Assembly (NCBI GenBank): GCA_963674755.2 | Contig: CAXXVS010000002.1 | Span: forward strand, 1,120,001-1,184,000 | From: Desulfobacterales bacterium | Lineage (GTDB): Bacteria; Desulfobacterota; Desulfobacteria; Desulfobacterales; UBA5852 | Length of the DNA stretch: 64,000 nt | Direction: 5' to 3' | The notes under the pieces: model-generated | What the model was told of the DNA's origin: nothing | Databases searched by the model: none | The model's input: only the letters and a program-made list of their open reading frames with translations | Position numbers and translations under genes: made by a program | In this document: piece after piece, positions 40,401-49,611 of the stretch | Numbering within the stretch: position 1 is the first letter of the stretch | How the letters are laid out: every line of letters starts with the position of its first letter

Positions 40401-41345
40401 AGGATAGGACGGGTGTTCGTCGCCGGATAGCCCCGTATAGGCCGTATAGTTGCCGCTTTGCCGAATCCGGTCGACATAGACCGCGACAACGGACTGAATC
40501 GGATGCCCCCAGGCGTAAACATAGGTACTTTGCACCTCGGAAACGGCGACCCCGGCCGCATGGTTTGCGGCCTTTGTCCCGCCTTGTCCGCGCGCGCAAC
40601 CGGTCAAACTGTTCGCGACGATCCCGGAATAGGTGATTTTTTCAAGTTCGATCTGGACCGTTCCGCTTGTCGCGAATCCGGTTGCATCGCTTATCGCTAT
40701 GCTGGTCGTGGTTGAATTGATAGCCACGACCAACCCGGTCCGGTTGCCGGCATCCACGGCGCGAAAAGGAACATGTTTTAGCCTTCCGTATCCCTGTCCC
40801 AACATCTTGCCGATATCGTCCGGGTCCGCGCTCGGAAAGGCATCGCTTGTCAAAATCGTATGGTCGAAGCGGTTCGCAATATCGAGTTCGAAGCCGGAAA
40901 GGGTCAACGTGACGCGGTCGGTTTCCATGTCCAGGGTGTCTTCAATCCGCCCTTTAAATCTGAAAACCTCATCGCTTGCCGATGTTGCGCCGATAAATAT
41001 CTTGGTAATTTCAACCGCGGCATAATGAGGATCATACAAAGAAAATAGTTCCGTGAATCGATCGGCGCCGCCAATGGGAACCGTATTATCGATAACGACT
41101 TCGGTTTCGCCGGGGTTTACCGCATAGCTAACCGGATCAATGGCGCCATGATTGTTCGCGCCCCAGGCTATAACGACGGGTTCGTAAATTTCACCCTTGA
41201 AAACATATTCTTCCCCCGGCGTGCCCCATACCTGGCCGCAAAGCCGCAGCGTGAAGCCGCCTTCAAAGGTGATCCTTAACAGCTTGACTGGTGCCACAAA
41301 CGGTTTGTCAATTGTGGATATGATTTCCGGGGATAGGCTTTTCAT
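37485..41345 (-). CDS. Tail tip / central fibre protein with C-terminal tail-collar-like domains
   Basis: 1286 aa after the Dit-like gene; ~21-aa Thr/Ala repeats; PAGLILPF and PGGWLICDGTSGTPDLRD collar motifs. Confidence 0.8.
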   Translation of the reverse strand: MKSLSPEIISTIDKPFVAPVKLLRITFEGGFTLRLCGQVWGTPGEEYVFKGEIYEPVVIAWGANNHGAIDPVSYAVNPGETEVVIDNTVPIGGADRFTELFSLYDPHYAAVEITKIFIGATSASDEVFRFKGRIEDTLDMETDRVTLTLSGFELDIANRFDHTILTSDAFPSADPDDIGKMLGQGYGRLKHVPFRAVDAGNRTGLVVAINSTTTSIAISDATGFATSGTVQIELEKITYSGIVANSLTGCARGQGGTKAANHAAGVAVSEVQSTYVYAWGHPIQSVVAVYVDRIRQSGNYTAYTGLSGDEHPSYPGRAVIAFNTMPSLTKQINIEDQIEVEDTIDVNQGSHKHGDLAYITLNPESIRSKTTPGTYGDYMERVLGFVPDTMAFIYDSTVATFDFCGWKNPGGTPYRWRLGIVYYWPEGVTEGTIYGSFRASDGTIVSRVTVKTGQHTITNVVTSWESCSGVTWSEINNGYFKVQGYSILSHMMCCALWLDVEYRVDSSEATGVAKLGAASKLGTVVLSGNSGADVVIGSEVSVDIRGWQDDDLGTYTGTPFGLIERPDHICKHILLDRCGLSNDAIGASYAAAGAFFAANGYRLGVAVLERPNVRELLNQIAVQACSMEFWGAGTHEMVPIGGDITAAKTLTADRIDQGQGRLHFTPRVDIVNRKTGLFGREWSGHGDSIEANRAIVVAENAASISKFGTLEGSQLSFPFIIDEQQALDVLSLRLKEQAFPRIIVEMDCGYSGSDLERGDVINFDFSSGDALDKALLRLIKPQIDHFRIMDMVDVAAAIHIKAVFAASQFDLAASMVVDTETAPAVLVLDFDLTVVMTSGTDTTAAVLVLLNELTAALEGTTQTSTIEVLNVGATLELSASMAVATQTTAIDFAIEFSITAALSGATLTTAIDVFNLVEPTATIAGVTQTTAIDLGGASSPVPAGLILPFNGNPASLPASWTLWLGGSEANFLKGAPTSADPVVDTGGAAAASPYLELSEAGEHLAVGGTFYVPKDVGGVAMNPCCSPPVAAGGHTHTLETFNYTPPYGSFPFIQATADQEEIPINAVVLSTGNLSGLTNLINMAGRNLRINNAGGPANGGGNSPTADLTEGGFHAHTTFVDADHRTIVYTVEWFTYDGEHTPTGITVNVTPDLKRKLLSAWSNASAAFAPSAGMIGMWESWTPPGGWLICDGTSGTPDLRDCFIEIVATGNENISGTGDHTIDISISTTHGFGVHDHENETASMPANQRIAMRHTDADFIHTHNGTLNGHAWQPSHRTVVFIMKAS

Positions 41346-41348
41346 AGC

Positions 41349-42095
41349 TTAAAGCATTTCAATCAACTGGACGTCGACGCGCGTGTGTGTCGCGTGGTTG
41401 AAATCGAACTGCGGCACTTCCACAAAACGCGCCAGGAAATAGGCGCCCCGATGGTCCTTGAAATAAAACGGCTGTGAGTAGCCATCGAGATAGCCGACAA
41501 CTGTTTCGAATTCAGCGAATTCGGCCTCTGACAGGAAAAAGGTGTATCGCCGGACCTTCCGTGCCGGCCCGTATTTGGTCGAGCGCTCCACGCCGCCGAT
41601 GGTGGTATTCCACTGCACGTTAACCGCATCTTCGCCGGTGGGGTTTTCTTCCCGCAGGCAATTGAATGCGAAGCCTTGCGAGAGGTAGATTTCCGAGCAG
41701 AACGGGTCGGCCATGCTGGCCAGGGTCAGGCGCCAATAGCGCGCGGTTATGGCGGCGCCCGGCAGCTTCACGATCGGGCTGTTATCGCTTGGTGTCCAGG
41801 GAGGGACGGCGTCGTTGACATCCGCCGCGAAATCATCGTCCGAATACTGCAGCGCCATGGCGGCGCCGGCGAAGTTATGGCGCGGGATGGCCAGGAAGTC
41901 GATCGCCAGATTCCCTTCGGCGCCCTGGTCTACCAGGAACGTCTTCGCTTCCGTTACGGTATCGCGCCAGTAAAGCGAAATGGAGCGATCATAGAGGCGG
42001 GATTCGGGAAAACCCGTGTCGGCCTCGCCGGTGACCGTCACCGTGGCCAGCGCCAACAGGTTGAAGGGGTAGAAATGAACGGTCCAGGTCGCCAT
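41349..42095 (-). CDS. Putative distal tail/baseplate protein
   Basis: Lies directly after the tape measure gene; beta-rich 248 aa. Confidence 0.6.
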   Translation of the reverse strand: MATWTVHFYPFNLLALATVTVTGEADTGFPESRLYDRSISLYWRDTVTEAKTFLVDQGAEGNLAIDFLAIPRHNFAGAAMALQYSDDDFAADVNDAVPPWTPSDNSPIVKLPGAAITARYWRLTLASMADPFCSEIYLSQGFAFNCLREENPTGEDAVNVQWNTTIGGVERSTKYGPARKVRRYTFFLSEAEFAEFETVVGYLDGYSQPFYFKDHRGAYFLARFVEVPQFDFNHATHTRVDVQLIEML

Positions 42096-42096
42096 T

Positions 42097-43452
42097 TCAG
42101 CCGCCCCACCGCTTGTTCAAATCATTCAATACGGTTCGGATTTCCGTCGCGACCGCGCGGGCGGCGCCGCGATCGCCGGTCATGAAGGTCGGCGCGATCG
42201 TTATGTTCCAGGTGTTCCCGCCGCCGGATCGTGCCGCCTTGCTTTCGGAGGGATTCAGGACGATTTCGCCTTTATGGCCGTAAAAAAGACCGTCTTTCGG
42301 AAGCCCGGCCGGCCCGGTGCCAACATCAAAGGAATCGAAACGCGAACTGGGCCCGGTTGTTGCTACTCCCCCGCTTGACGTTGGACTAAAACGTTTATCG
42401 TGCGCACTTTCTGACATGCCGGAAGAAGACAAACCGCTTTGGAACGATCCGCCGCCGGCCGCCGCCACGGCCGGCGAAGATATTTCGCCATAAATGAGCC
42501 GCCCGGCCGTCGTTCCGATGAATTCGCCGACGGTATTCATCAGCGATGCGGCTTGCTTCAACGGCCATAAAAGCATTTCGATGGTTTCTTTGAAGATTTG
42601 TATCTTTTCGTCTAGCTGGTCGACGGGACCGATCCAGTCGGCAAATTTTTGAACCAGTGCTCCAACTTGAGGCGTCAATTCAATGATAAATTCTTTGGCT
42701 TTGTTTATTAATGCGACGAAAACTTCGTTGTCGGTAATGGCAAAGCCGATTGTTTCCAAAAGATCGCCCCATACGCCTTTTAATTGCTTAAGGGCACCGC
42801 CGAAGGTTTTCGCCACCGCTTCGGCCGCGCCGCCGAATTCGCCCTTCAATTCGTCCAAAATAACCTTTTGGGCCTCCATGACGCGGCCCTCTTCCATCAG
42901 GGTCGCCACCAATTCCTTTTGTTCGTCCGTGAAGGAGACACCGACCTTCGATAAGGCGGTCATGCCTTTCAGCGGATCGTTCAAGGCCTTGCCAAGCTGC
43001 ACCATGGACGATTTGAGGTCTTGTTTCATGACGGTGGACATATCCAAGGCCGCCTTGGTGGCCGCCTCGAAGGCCTCGCCCTTGACTTCTTTGAACGTGG
43101 CCAGGATCGACATCCCCGACAAAATCGCTTCATCGCCGAAGGTCGTAACCGATTGCAACCCGGACGCCATCCCCTGCAATTGTTCTAGATTGTACCCGGC
43201 CGCGTGTCCGGTCGTCTCCAGAACGGCGTTTAATTGCGCCTCGGCCTCGCGCTGAACGTTAGCCGCTTCCGTGACGACTTGAACCCCCTTCGCCATGGCG
43301 TAGATGCCGCCGGCCGCCGCGCCGATCCCAAGCGCCACCTTTTGGAGCGAACCGAAGCCGCTTTCAGCGCCGGCCAAGTTCTTCTTGACGGACGCAAAGG
43401 CCTTGTCGGTCTTGTTTTGCGCTTCGATGTCGAATTTGACGTTATCGCCCAA
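42097..43452 (-). CDS. Tail tape measure protein (short, 451 aa)
   Basis: TFGDEAI, QLGKALNDP.KG.TALSKVG, GEFGGAAEA and HKGEIVL motifs; follows the chaperone genes. Confidence 0.88.
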   Translation of the reverse strand: MGDNVKFDIEAQNKTDKAFASVKKNLAGAESGFGSLQKVALGIGAAAGGIYAMAKGVQVVTEAANVQREAEAQLNAVLETTGHAAGYNLEQLQGMASGLQSVTTFGDEAILSGMSILATFKEVKGEAFEAATKAALDMSTVMKQDLKSSMVQLGKALNDPLKGMTALSKVGVSFTDEQKELVATLMEEGRVMEAQKVILDELKGEFGGAAEAVAKTFGGALKQLKGVWGDLLETIGFAITDNEVFVALINKAKEFIIELTPQVGALVQKFADWIGPVDQLDEKIQIFKETIEMLLWPLKQAASLMNTVGEFIGTTAGRLIYGEISSPAVAAAGGGSFQSGLSSSGMSESAHDKRFSPTSSGGVATTGPSSRFDSFDVGTGPAGLPKDGLFYGHKGEIVLNPSESKAARSGGGNTWNITIAPTFMTGDRGAARAVATEIRTVLNDLNKRWGG

Positions 43453-43465
43453 AACCGGCCCTTCG

Positions 43466-43609
43466 CTATTTCTTCAGGATGTCAATAAAGGCGAGCCAAC
43501 CGTGGAATTCATCTACCGTCATTCCCCCGATTTCGGTGACGGTTTTCCGCAACAGCAAGGCGACCCGGTATCGATCGACTAATCCCGGATCGCTTTTAAA
43601 TTTTTTTCC
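43466..43609 (-). CDS. Tail assembly chaperone gpT segment (expressed as gpGT by -1 frameshift)
   Basis: The -1 frame after the slippery run GGAAAAAAATTTA reads ...VALLLRKTVTEIGGMTVDEFHGWLAF, a typical gpT motif. Confidence 0.75.
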   Translation of the reverse strand, partial: GKKFKSDPGLVDRYRVALLLRKTVTEIGGMTVDEFHGWLAFIDILKK

Positions 43610-43932
43610 ATGTCCTTCACGCTGGCCACGCCCAGGATCGCATTGGCGACTTCGGCCACGGTCTTGCCATCGGCGGCTTTCCGCAAGGGGTAATAGTCTT
43701 CTTCCGTAAAGATCTTTTCGCCGGCCTCGTTTTCGCACTTCAAAACAAGCGCGCGCGCCAAACCAGCCAGCCCCGACTTTTGCGTCGCGTTGTAGATAAT
43801 GCCCTGTTCTTCGATGGTCAGCGGCGTCCAGTAAACAACCAGCGGCCCGGAATCGTCGCCCCATTCCTGGACTTCCAGGCTTTTGCGGCCGGCCGCTTTG
43901 TGTTTCGCCTTGATTCGGTCAATAACCGACAT
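43579..43932 (-). CDS. Tail assembly chaperone gpG-like
   Basis: Between tail tube and tape measure; ends MEKNLKAIRD over the slippery site. Confidence 0.8.
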   Translation of the reverse strand: MSVIDRIKAKHKAAGRKSLEVQEWGDDSGPLVVYWTPLTIEEQGIIYNATQKSGLAGLARALVLKCENEAGEKIFTEEDYYPLRKAADGKTVAEVANAILGVASVKDMEKNLKAIRD

Positions 43933-43959
43933 GCTTATGCCCTCCAGCTCGCGAAAAAC

Positions 43960-44352
43960 CTAAGAAACCAATGCGCGCGTCAAAACGCCCATGAATTTGA
44001 ATGAAATGGTGTTCAACCCGTCTTTCGGCCCTGAAATCGCCACCGTTTCAAGGACCACCGTTCCCGCATATTCGGCGTCACCAGCCGTGTCACCCTCCGG
44101 GTAAAGCTTGAGCCCGACAGACGCGCCGGCGGCCATCAGGCGTTGCCCGTTGGCGTCAGCTTCATCGAGCAGACATTCCACGGAACCGGACCCGGCCTTG
44201 CAACCCGACGGCAGGTAGCTGGCCTCGGTATCGCCCATGGATGTTTTTTCGACGATCGAGACGTCTTTTTCCTCATAGTTCCAGGATTGAACTTCGGCGA
44301 CGGAATTCGCGTCGATCTTGACGATCCCGTCGTTTCCGTGATGAACAGCCAT
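43960..44352 (-). CDS. Tail tube (major tail) protein
   Basis: G.DGIVK...VAEVQSW, TSMGD, LYPEGD, ISFKFMG.LT; siphoviral position. Confidence 0.8.
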   Translation of the reverse strand: MAVHHGNDGIVKIDANSVAEVQSWNYEEKDVSIVEKTSMGDTEASYLPSGCKAGSGSVECLLDEADANGQRLMAAGASVGLKLYPEGDTAGDAEYAGTVVLETVAISGPKDGLNTISFKFMGVLTRALVS

Positions 44353-44361
44353 AGCGCCCCC

Positions 44362-44775
44362 CTATGTCCTGTATTGGATTTGATAGGTCATTGTGATGAT
44401 CCCCACCGGCTTATTGCTTTCGGCATCGAATTCCATGGTTGACGACGCCAGGATGGTGAAAAGCGCCAGACCGCCTAGCTTGGGATCGGCTTCGATCGCC
44501 CCTTCGACGTCTTCGGCGATTTCGTCCAGGGCGTCATCGATCGCGCCGGCGTTCGGCTTCACATAGCCCTGAATTTTAACCGCCACGGTCCGGTCCAGGC
44601 TGCGCCCCATGGCGCCAGGTTCGGACGCTTCTTCGTCGGTATAAATCAACAGACCGGGCAATTTTGATTTATTGAAAGGGTATTTGCGGGACGCGAAGAC
44701 GTTCGCCCCGGTTGCGGGCAGCCCGGTCAAAACGGCCTTCAGGCGGTCCCGGATTTGTTTGCGCTTGTGTGCCAT
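44362..44775 (-). CDS. Tail terminator / gpU-like protein
   Basis: MAHKRKQIRD, LPGLLIY, LDEIAEDVE, YQIQYRT. Confidence 0.7.
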   Translation of the reverse strand: MAHKRKQIRDRLKAVLTGLPATGANVFASRKYPFNKSKLPGLLIYTDEEASEPGAMGRSLDRTVAVKIQGYVKPNAGAIDDALDEIAEDVEGAIEADPKLGGLALFTILASSTMEFDAESNKPVGIITMTYQIQYRT

Positions 44776-44778
44776 GGG

Positions 44779-45078
44779 TTACCCTTCAAGGATCAGATCA
44801 ACGATCCCGGTCCCGTCCGGCCGGACATTGACGATCGAATACGTCTTCCCGCTAATAACGATCGTGTCGCCTTGCGCCACGCCCGGAACGCTGGCGGCCG
44901 GACAGACGAAAACCGGCTGCGACCCCTCGACGCCTACCGGCCCGCCGACGTCTTCGAAATACTCATTGTTGAAAATGCCGACGATGTCAGGCACAGACGA
45001 ACCGCCGTCCGGCGTCCATACCGCCGTGACAGCATGGCCGCCTTGCTCGAAAAAGGCGCCGGTATCTTCATTGAACAT
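44779..45078 (-). CDS. Head-tail joining protein (gpFII-like)
   Basis: GDTIVISGKTYSIVNVRPDGTG motif; position. Confidence 0.75.
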   Translation of the reverse strand: MFNEDTGAFFEQGGHAVTAVWTPDGGSSVPDIVGIFNNEYFEDVGGPVGVEGSQPVFVCPAASVPGVAQGDTIVISGKTYSIVNVRPDGTGIVDLILEG

Positions 45079-45498
45079 TTACGCTTTGTCCTTGGATTTC
45101 TTGCCGCCGTCGCGCTTGGCCGTCTTTTTGTCGAGGTCGGCTTCCCGGTTTTCGGCCGTCGGACCGGTCATCATTTCCGGATCGACATCGAAGCCCGTTT
45201 CCAATTCATCCATTTTTGCTTCCATTTCGTCGACCCGCCCGGATAGAGCCTTCACGTCTTGGACGACCCCTTCGAGCGCCCCCGAAACCCGGTCGAAGGC
45301 TTCCGCCATGTGGGCGACGGTTCCCTCGATATCGCCCTTCTTGGCCTTGGAAAGTGCTTTGGCCCTGGCGCTATCTTCGGTGTCGGCCCAGCCCCGCGCA
45401 GCGAATTCGCGGGCGATTTTTTCGGGGACGTCGACCACATCGCCGATTTGATGCAAGACGCCGGCAATGCCGCGCGCTTCCTTCAATTTGATTTTCAT
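45079..45498 (-). CDS. Hypothetical head-associated protein (gpFI-like position)
   Basis: RBS GGAGG, ATG 45498; GDVVDV...AREFAARGWA motif directly after the capsid gene. Confidence 0.6.
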   Translation of the reverse strand: MKIKLKEARGIAGVLHQIGDVVDVPEKIAREFAARGWADTEDSARAKALSKAKKGDIEGTVAHMAEAFDRVSGALEGVVQDVKALSGRVDEMEAKMDELETGFDVDPEMMTGPTAENREADLDKKTAKRDGGKKSKDKA

Positions 45499-45575
45499 GA
45501 TTACCTCCGGCTGATCATTGGAACCGGACGCGCCCGCAATCAGCGCGCGCCCGGTTGTGGTTGATAGCGCCATGG

Positions 45576-47561
45576 TTAGTTCGTCAGGGCGTCCAGCATG
45601 GCCGAAAAGCTTTCCGCGTGGCGGACCGCGATGTCGACGTCCTGCAGCGCCCGGACCAGAAGACCGCCCGACTTGCTGTAGGTGTAAGGATCGACCAGGA
45701 TGTCGAGGGCGCCCCACATGCCGATAAGCAGGTCATTCCAATTGCCGTAGAAGATCGCGGAACAGACCGCCCCGGAACCGCCCTTGACCAGGTTCGATTT
45801 GACCTGATTCGTCACCAGCGCCCGGTAGCCGTTCAAGGGATATTGGGTATTGACGCGATCCCACACCCGGATGCCGGTGTCGGTCCCGATATCGGTCTTT
45901 TTCAGCTTGCCGCGCACTTTCGTATTGGTGATATAGGCCAGCGCACCCAGGTCCGCGTTGTCGATGGCGACCGCCGTTTCCAGGTCGATGATATGGCTGT
46001 CCGTGGGTGCTGCGCCGTCGGCGCCGCCCACCACTGACCCGATTCCGGACGTCGCGGCGACGCCGGTCGGCTGGTTGTCGAGCCCGGTGCCATGCAGGCC
46101 GGCCAGATCGATGCCCAGGGCAACGGCGGCCGCCAGGTCGTCGCGGGTCAACTGTTCGATGGCCGGCGAGGACTGCGCCAGCATCTGGCGCGTGATTTCG
46201 GAATAGGTGCCGACGGTCTTCGGGGTCAGACCGACCGTTCCGTAGGATGCTTCGGATTGGGTCGGGTTTTCCGTGATCCCTTCGGCGACCCAGTAGACCG
46301 ACGCCCCGGAGGTCCGTTTGGGGATCGCCAGGTTGCCCACCAGACCGTCGAGCACCCGTGCGCCGGCCAGCCGCAGCACAAGTTTGTTCCGCAGAATGTC
46401 GATGAAGGCGCTGGCCATGTGGACGGTTCCCACCAGCGCGGCATCATCCGTCGTGTTGAGGTCGCGTTGCCCGGAAAGCATCACGTCCATGGGAATGAAG
46501 GCGCCTTTCGCCTCCCTGTGCATCCGTTTGGCGACCGCGCGGGAGCATTCCATTTCGAAACCGGCCGCTTCCTGCGCCTGGCGGTCGTTGGGCGACGCCA
46601 GGGCGCGGATCAAACGGATAAAGGAAAAGCGTTTGGCTTCGTCGCCAGACAGACCGATGTTCGGATCCGGCTGTTCGACCGGGCGGGCGCCGCGCTTGGC
46701 CATTTCATCCAGCACGAAGGCGCGGAACTGTTCGACGGACTTCCCCTCCCCGATGGCCTTGACGGCCTGGTCGCGGAAGCCGTGGCTTTCGCCGATCGCC
46801 ATGATATCGGCGCAACGGTTCTGCTCTTCCTGGCGCGTGTCGGCCTTGATCCTGTCGACGTCGACTTCCGTCTCAGCCGGCGCGGCGGGCGCGGCCGGAG
46901 CAGCGCCGCGCGTCTCAATTTTTTCTTCGGTCCCTTGTTTCTTCATGGCCCTTTCCCCCTTTGCAGGTTTATTGTTGAGTCCAAATTGTGACCGGCATTC
47001 TTCAAAATCGGCGTCGAGGCCTTCGGCGATCTCGATTTCGGTTTCGAATTCCCGACCGTCTTCGGCGCGGCCGATGCCAACGCTGTCATCGGCCGGGATG
47101 GAAACGATGGAGATTTCCAGCGGCTTCCAATACACCCGGTAGGTGTTGCCCTTTTCCTCGTCTTTTTCGATCAGAACCGCCTTTTTGATTTGATATCCGA
47201 CCGAAACATTCGACCGAATGCTGTCCTTGACGTCGGAAAATTCATCTTCGGCCCGCTGCGACTTACCGAACCGCACGACCGCCTGGCCCCGTTTCCCCTT
47301 GATCAATGCGCTTTCGACAACGCCCGTCTGTTCGTCCCGCCAGTGCTCCCGCAACAGCGGCGCCCGCCCGGACGCCAGAAAGGACAAATCCACTTCTTCG
47401 GGCTTATGCCCCAGGATTTCGCGGCCGAAATAGCGTTCGACCGGTGTTTCACTGGAAAAGGACAAGGCCACGGTCCGCTTGTCTTCGTCGATGGCCCGGA
47501 TAACTTCCTCACCATCGATCAGCCGATAAAAAACGCCGGTTTTGATGGTATTGCGCTTCAT
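45576..47561 (-). CDS. Prohead protease-major capsid protein fusion (HK97 fold)
   Basis: N-terminal SFSSETPVER, PLLREH, SVGYQI, LEISIVSIPAD protease motifs; C-terminal capsid VYWVAE, LTPKTVG, QP.GV, VRH.ESF. Confidence 0.92.
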   Translation of the reverse strand: MKRNTIKTGVFYRLIDGEEVIRAIDEDKRTVALSFSSETPVERYFGREILGHKPEEVDLSFLASGRAPLLREHWRDEQTGVVESALIKGKRGQAVVRFGKSQRAEDEFSDVKDSIRSNVSVGYQIKKAVLIEKDEEKGNTYRVYWKPLEISIVSIPADDSVGIGRAEDGREFETEIEIAEGLDADFEECRSQFGLNNKPAKGERAMKKQGTEEKIETRGAAPAAPAAPAETEVDVDRIKADTRQEEQNRCADIMAIGESHGFRDQAVKAIGEGKSVEQFRAFVLDEMAKRGARPVEQPDPNIGLSGDEAKRFSFIRLIRALASPNDRQAQEAAGFEMECSRAVAKRMHREAKGAFIPMDVMLSGQRDLNTTDDAALVGTVHMASAFIDILRNKLVLRLAGARVLDGLVGNLAIPKRTSGASVYWVAEGITENPTQSEASYGTVGLTPKTVGTYSEITRQMLAQSSPAIEQLTRDDLAAAVALGIDLAGLHGTGLDNQPTGVAATSGIGSVVGGADGAAPTDSHIIDLETAVAIDNADLGALAYITNTKVRGKLKKTDIGTDTGIRVWDRVNTQYPLNGYRALVTNQVKSNLVKGGSGAVCSAIFYGNWNDLLIGMWGALDILVDPYTYSKSGGLLVRALQDVDIAVRHAESFSAMLDALTN

Positions 47562-49069
47562 AGCGTCCCTCCTGGTTGCTTGGGTGGCCCGGATAAAATA
47601 TCGATCGACAATCCGTATCTTTCGGCAAGTTTTTTCGCGGCCGCGATTTGTTCGAAAATTTCTTCGAGGTCCCGCCCCTGTGCGCCGGCGATATCCTGCG
47701 GCGACTGAAAGCCGTTTTTCACGGCCTTTTCATGGGCGGCCCCTTCCTGCGCCGGGTTGACCCACTGCCAGCCGCGCGGCCGCCAGATCACTGCATTGAA
47801 TTTGTCGAATTTGCGCGGCGGAAGCATGAGCCCGCCCAGGGTCAGCCCGGCGTCCAGCCAGGATTCCTGCACGTCGGTCAAGAAGTGCTCGATCATCCAG
47901 CCTTGCAGGGTCCGCCAGTGGTCCCGTTCCTCCTGCGTCCCCTGCCGAATGGATGAGAAGGAAACGCCGCGCAAATCATTGGCAAGACCGATATAGGAAA
48001 CGTTCAGGCCGGACGCCGCCCCGCGCAAAATCGCCAGAACAAAAGCCTCATAGGCCGCCACCGGGTGATCCGGATCCCACTTCACGAAATCCCAGCCTTG
48101 GGGCAATTCCTCGAACGTGCCGGCGGATGCGTCCATGACGGGCGCTTTCTTTTCGGCGCCCTCGTCTTCGTCGTATTCGTCGCCGGTGTAGTCTTCCCCG
48201 CCATCGTTCTTGAAAAACCCCATTTTGGCGGCCGCCGTGCGCGATGCGACAAGTTCGGCTTCCTCATAGCCGCCCAGCATTTGAAGGCGCCGCGCCGCCG
48301 TGTGCATCCAGGGGACGCCCCGGCTTTGACCGATCCGGTCAATCAAGAATTCGTGGATGATTTCATCGGCCGGGACCCGCTCGTGCCGGTCGTAATAGTG
48401 CGAGGTTTCCGAAAACAGATAGTCGGCATTCGTCCGCCGCTTGAGGTGATAGGCCACCGGCCGGCGCCATTGGTCGAATTCGACCCCCAGGCGGATCGAT
48501 CCGTCATTGGGCAAGGCCAGGTTCTTCTCATGATCGAGCAAATCGGGCTCGATGAACTGAAGCGCAAATTTGTATTTATTTCGTACCCACGGCCCCTTGT
48601 GCTTGCGGACGATCGATTCGCCGTCCCTGGCCACGGTTTCGATGAAAAGCTTTTGGCAATCGACCATGGAAAGCCTGCCGTCCACCGTGCAATTGCCTTT
48701 TTTCCCGAAATGCTTCCATTCCGCTTCGAGATAGTCGTTGTCGAATTTGTCCAGGTTGCCGGCGTCGTCTTTCGAAACGAATTGCAGGCGGATCCCGGAA
48801 GGCCCGACAACGTTCGTCCGCAGCATGTTGAAAAAGCGCTTGGCGTAATCGTTGTTTTTGGCCAGGTGCCGCGATCGGACACGCATCGGCGCCAGCGCCA
48901 TATACAAGTCGCGGTCGGCGGTCCCGCCGGTGGTCGGCCAGTCTTTCCAAAGGCGCCCGGCATCGGCCGCCGCATAGCTGCGCCGCGATCCGCCGGGGGT
49001 TCGCCGGCGCGGCGGGGTGGCCCGCTGCATCGTTCTGAGGTCAAGACTGTCGATCAATGGCAATCTCAA
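47558..49069 (-). CDS. Portal protein, lambda family
   Basis: RSR.LAKNNDYA, DGESIVR, GVEFDQW.RPVAY, QSRGVPW, SFSSIR, WVNP..E. Confidence 0.93.
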   Translation of the reverse strand: MRLPLIDSLDLRTMQRATPPRRRTPGGSRRSYAAADAGRLWKDWPTTGGTADRDLYMALAPMRVRSRHLAKNNDYAKRFFNMLRTNVVGPSGIRLQFVSKDDAGNLDKFDNDYLEAEWKHFGKKGNCTVDGRLSMVDCQKLFIETVARDGESIVRKHKGPWVRNKYKFALQFIEPDLLDHEKNLALPNDGSIRLGVEFDQWRRPVAYHLKRRTNADYLFSETSHYYDRHERVPADEIIHEFLIDRIGQSRGVPWMHTAARRLQMLGGYEEAELVASRTAAAKMGFFKNDGGEDYTGDEYDEDEGAEKKAPVMDASAGTFEELPQGWDFVKWDPDHPVAAYEAFVLAILRGAASGLNVSYIGLANDLRGVSFSSIRQGTQEERDHWRTLQGWMIEHFLTDVQESWLDAGLTLGGLMLPPRKFDKFNAVIWRPRGWQWVNPAQEGAAHEKAVKNGFQSPQDIAGAQGRDLEEIFEQIAAAKKLAERYGLSIDILSGPPKQPGGTL

Positions 49070-49611
49070 GAGAATTGCACCCCGATCTTGGACGGCCGCG
49101 CCAGGCCGTACTTGCGGTTGAAAGCCCGCAGTTCGTTGCGGTAATAGCCCCGCATTTCACGCAGCTCGGTCCAACTGTATTTGGACAGGGACCGGCCGGC
49201 GATCGAATAGGAATAATTGTCGGCCGTGGCCTTGCCCAAAAGAACGGCCTCGATGTTCTCAAGCGCCTGTTCGCAGTGCGCCCGCCATTCAAGACCATCC
49301 GTCGCGGCCGCCAGGCTGTCCTTGACTTCAATAATGCCTTCCCCAACCGTGAAGACGTCGTCGCCGTTTTCGATCCGGGCCTGATAGAAATAGCGGCCGG
49401 CCTCAAACACGCCGGAAGCCGCAGCCGCGATCGTGACCAAGTGGCTATCGCCGGAGGGCTCAGCCGTCAAAACGATCTGCTTCCCGGATTTGACCAGGTA
49501 ATATTTGAGGACATTCCCGGCGGACGCCGGATAAGCGGAAAAGAATTTCACCCACCGGACGGTATCGCCGGCGCGAAAGGAAAGCGGTTCTCGGGAAGGG
49601 ATGTCGGCCAT
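49066..49611 (-). CDS. Head-to-tail adaptor (gpW-like C-terminus)
   Basis: EP..FRAGDTV.W; SYSIAGRSL; directly upstream of portal. Confidence 0.7.
   Translation of the reverse strand: MADIPSREPLSFRAGDTVRWVKFFSAYPASAGNVLKYYLVKSGKQIVLTAEPSGDSHLVTIAAAASGVFEAGRYFYQARIENGDDVFTVGEGIIEVKDSLAAATDGLEWRAHCEQALENIEAVLLGKATADNYSYSIAGRSLSKYSWTELREMRGYYRNELRAFNRKYGLARPSKIGVQFS

Noticed and set aside
36671..41345. Invertible tail-fibre shufflon driven by the Cre-like recombinase
   Set aside because: No inverted repeat sites or oppositely oriented alternative fibre ends were found in the tail region.
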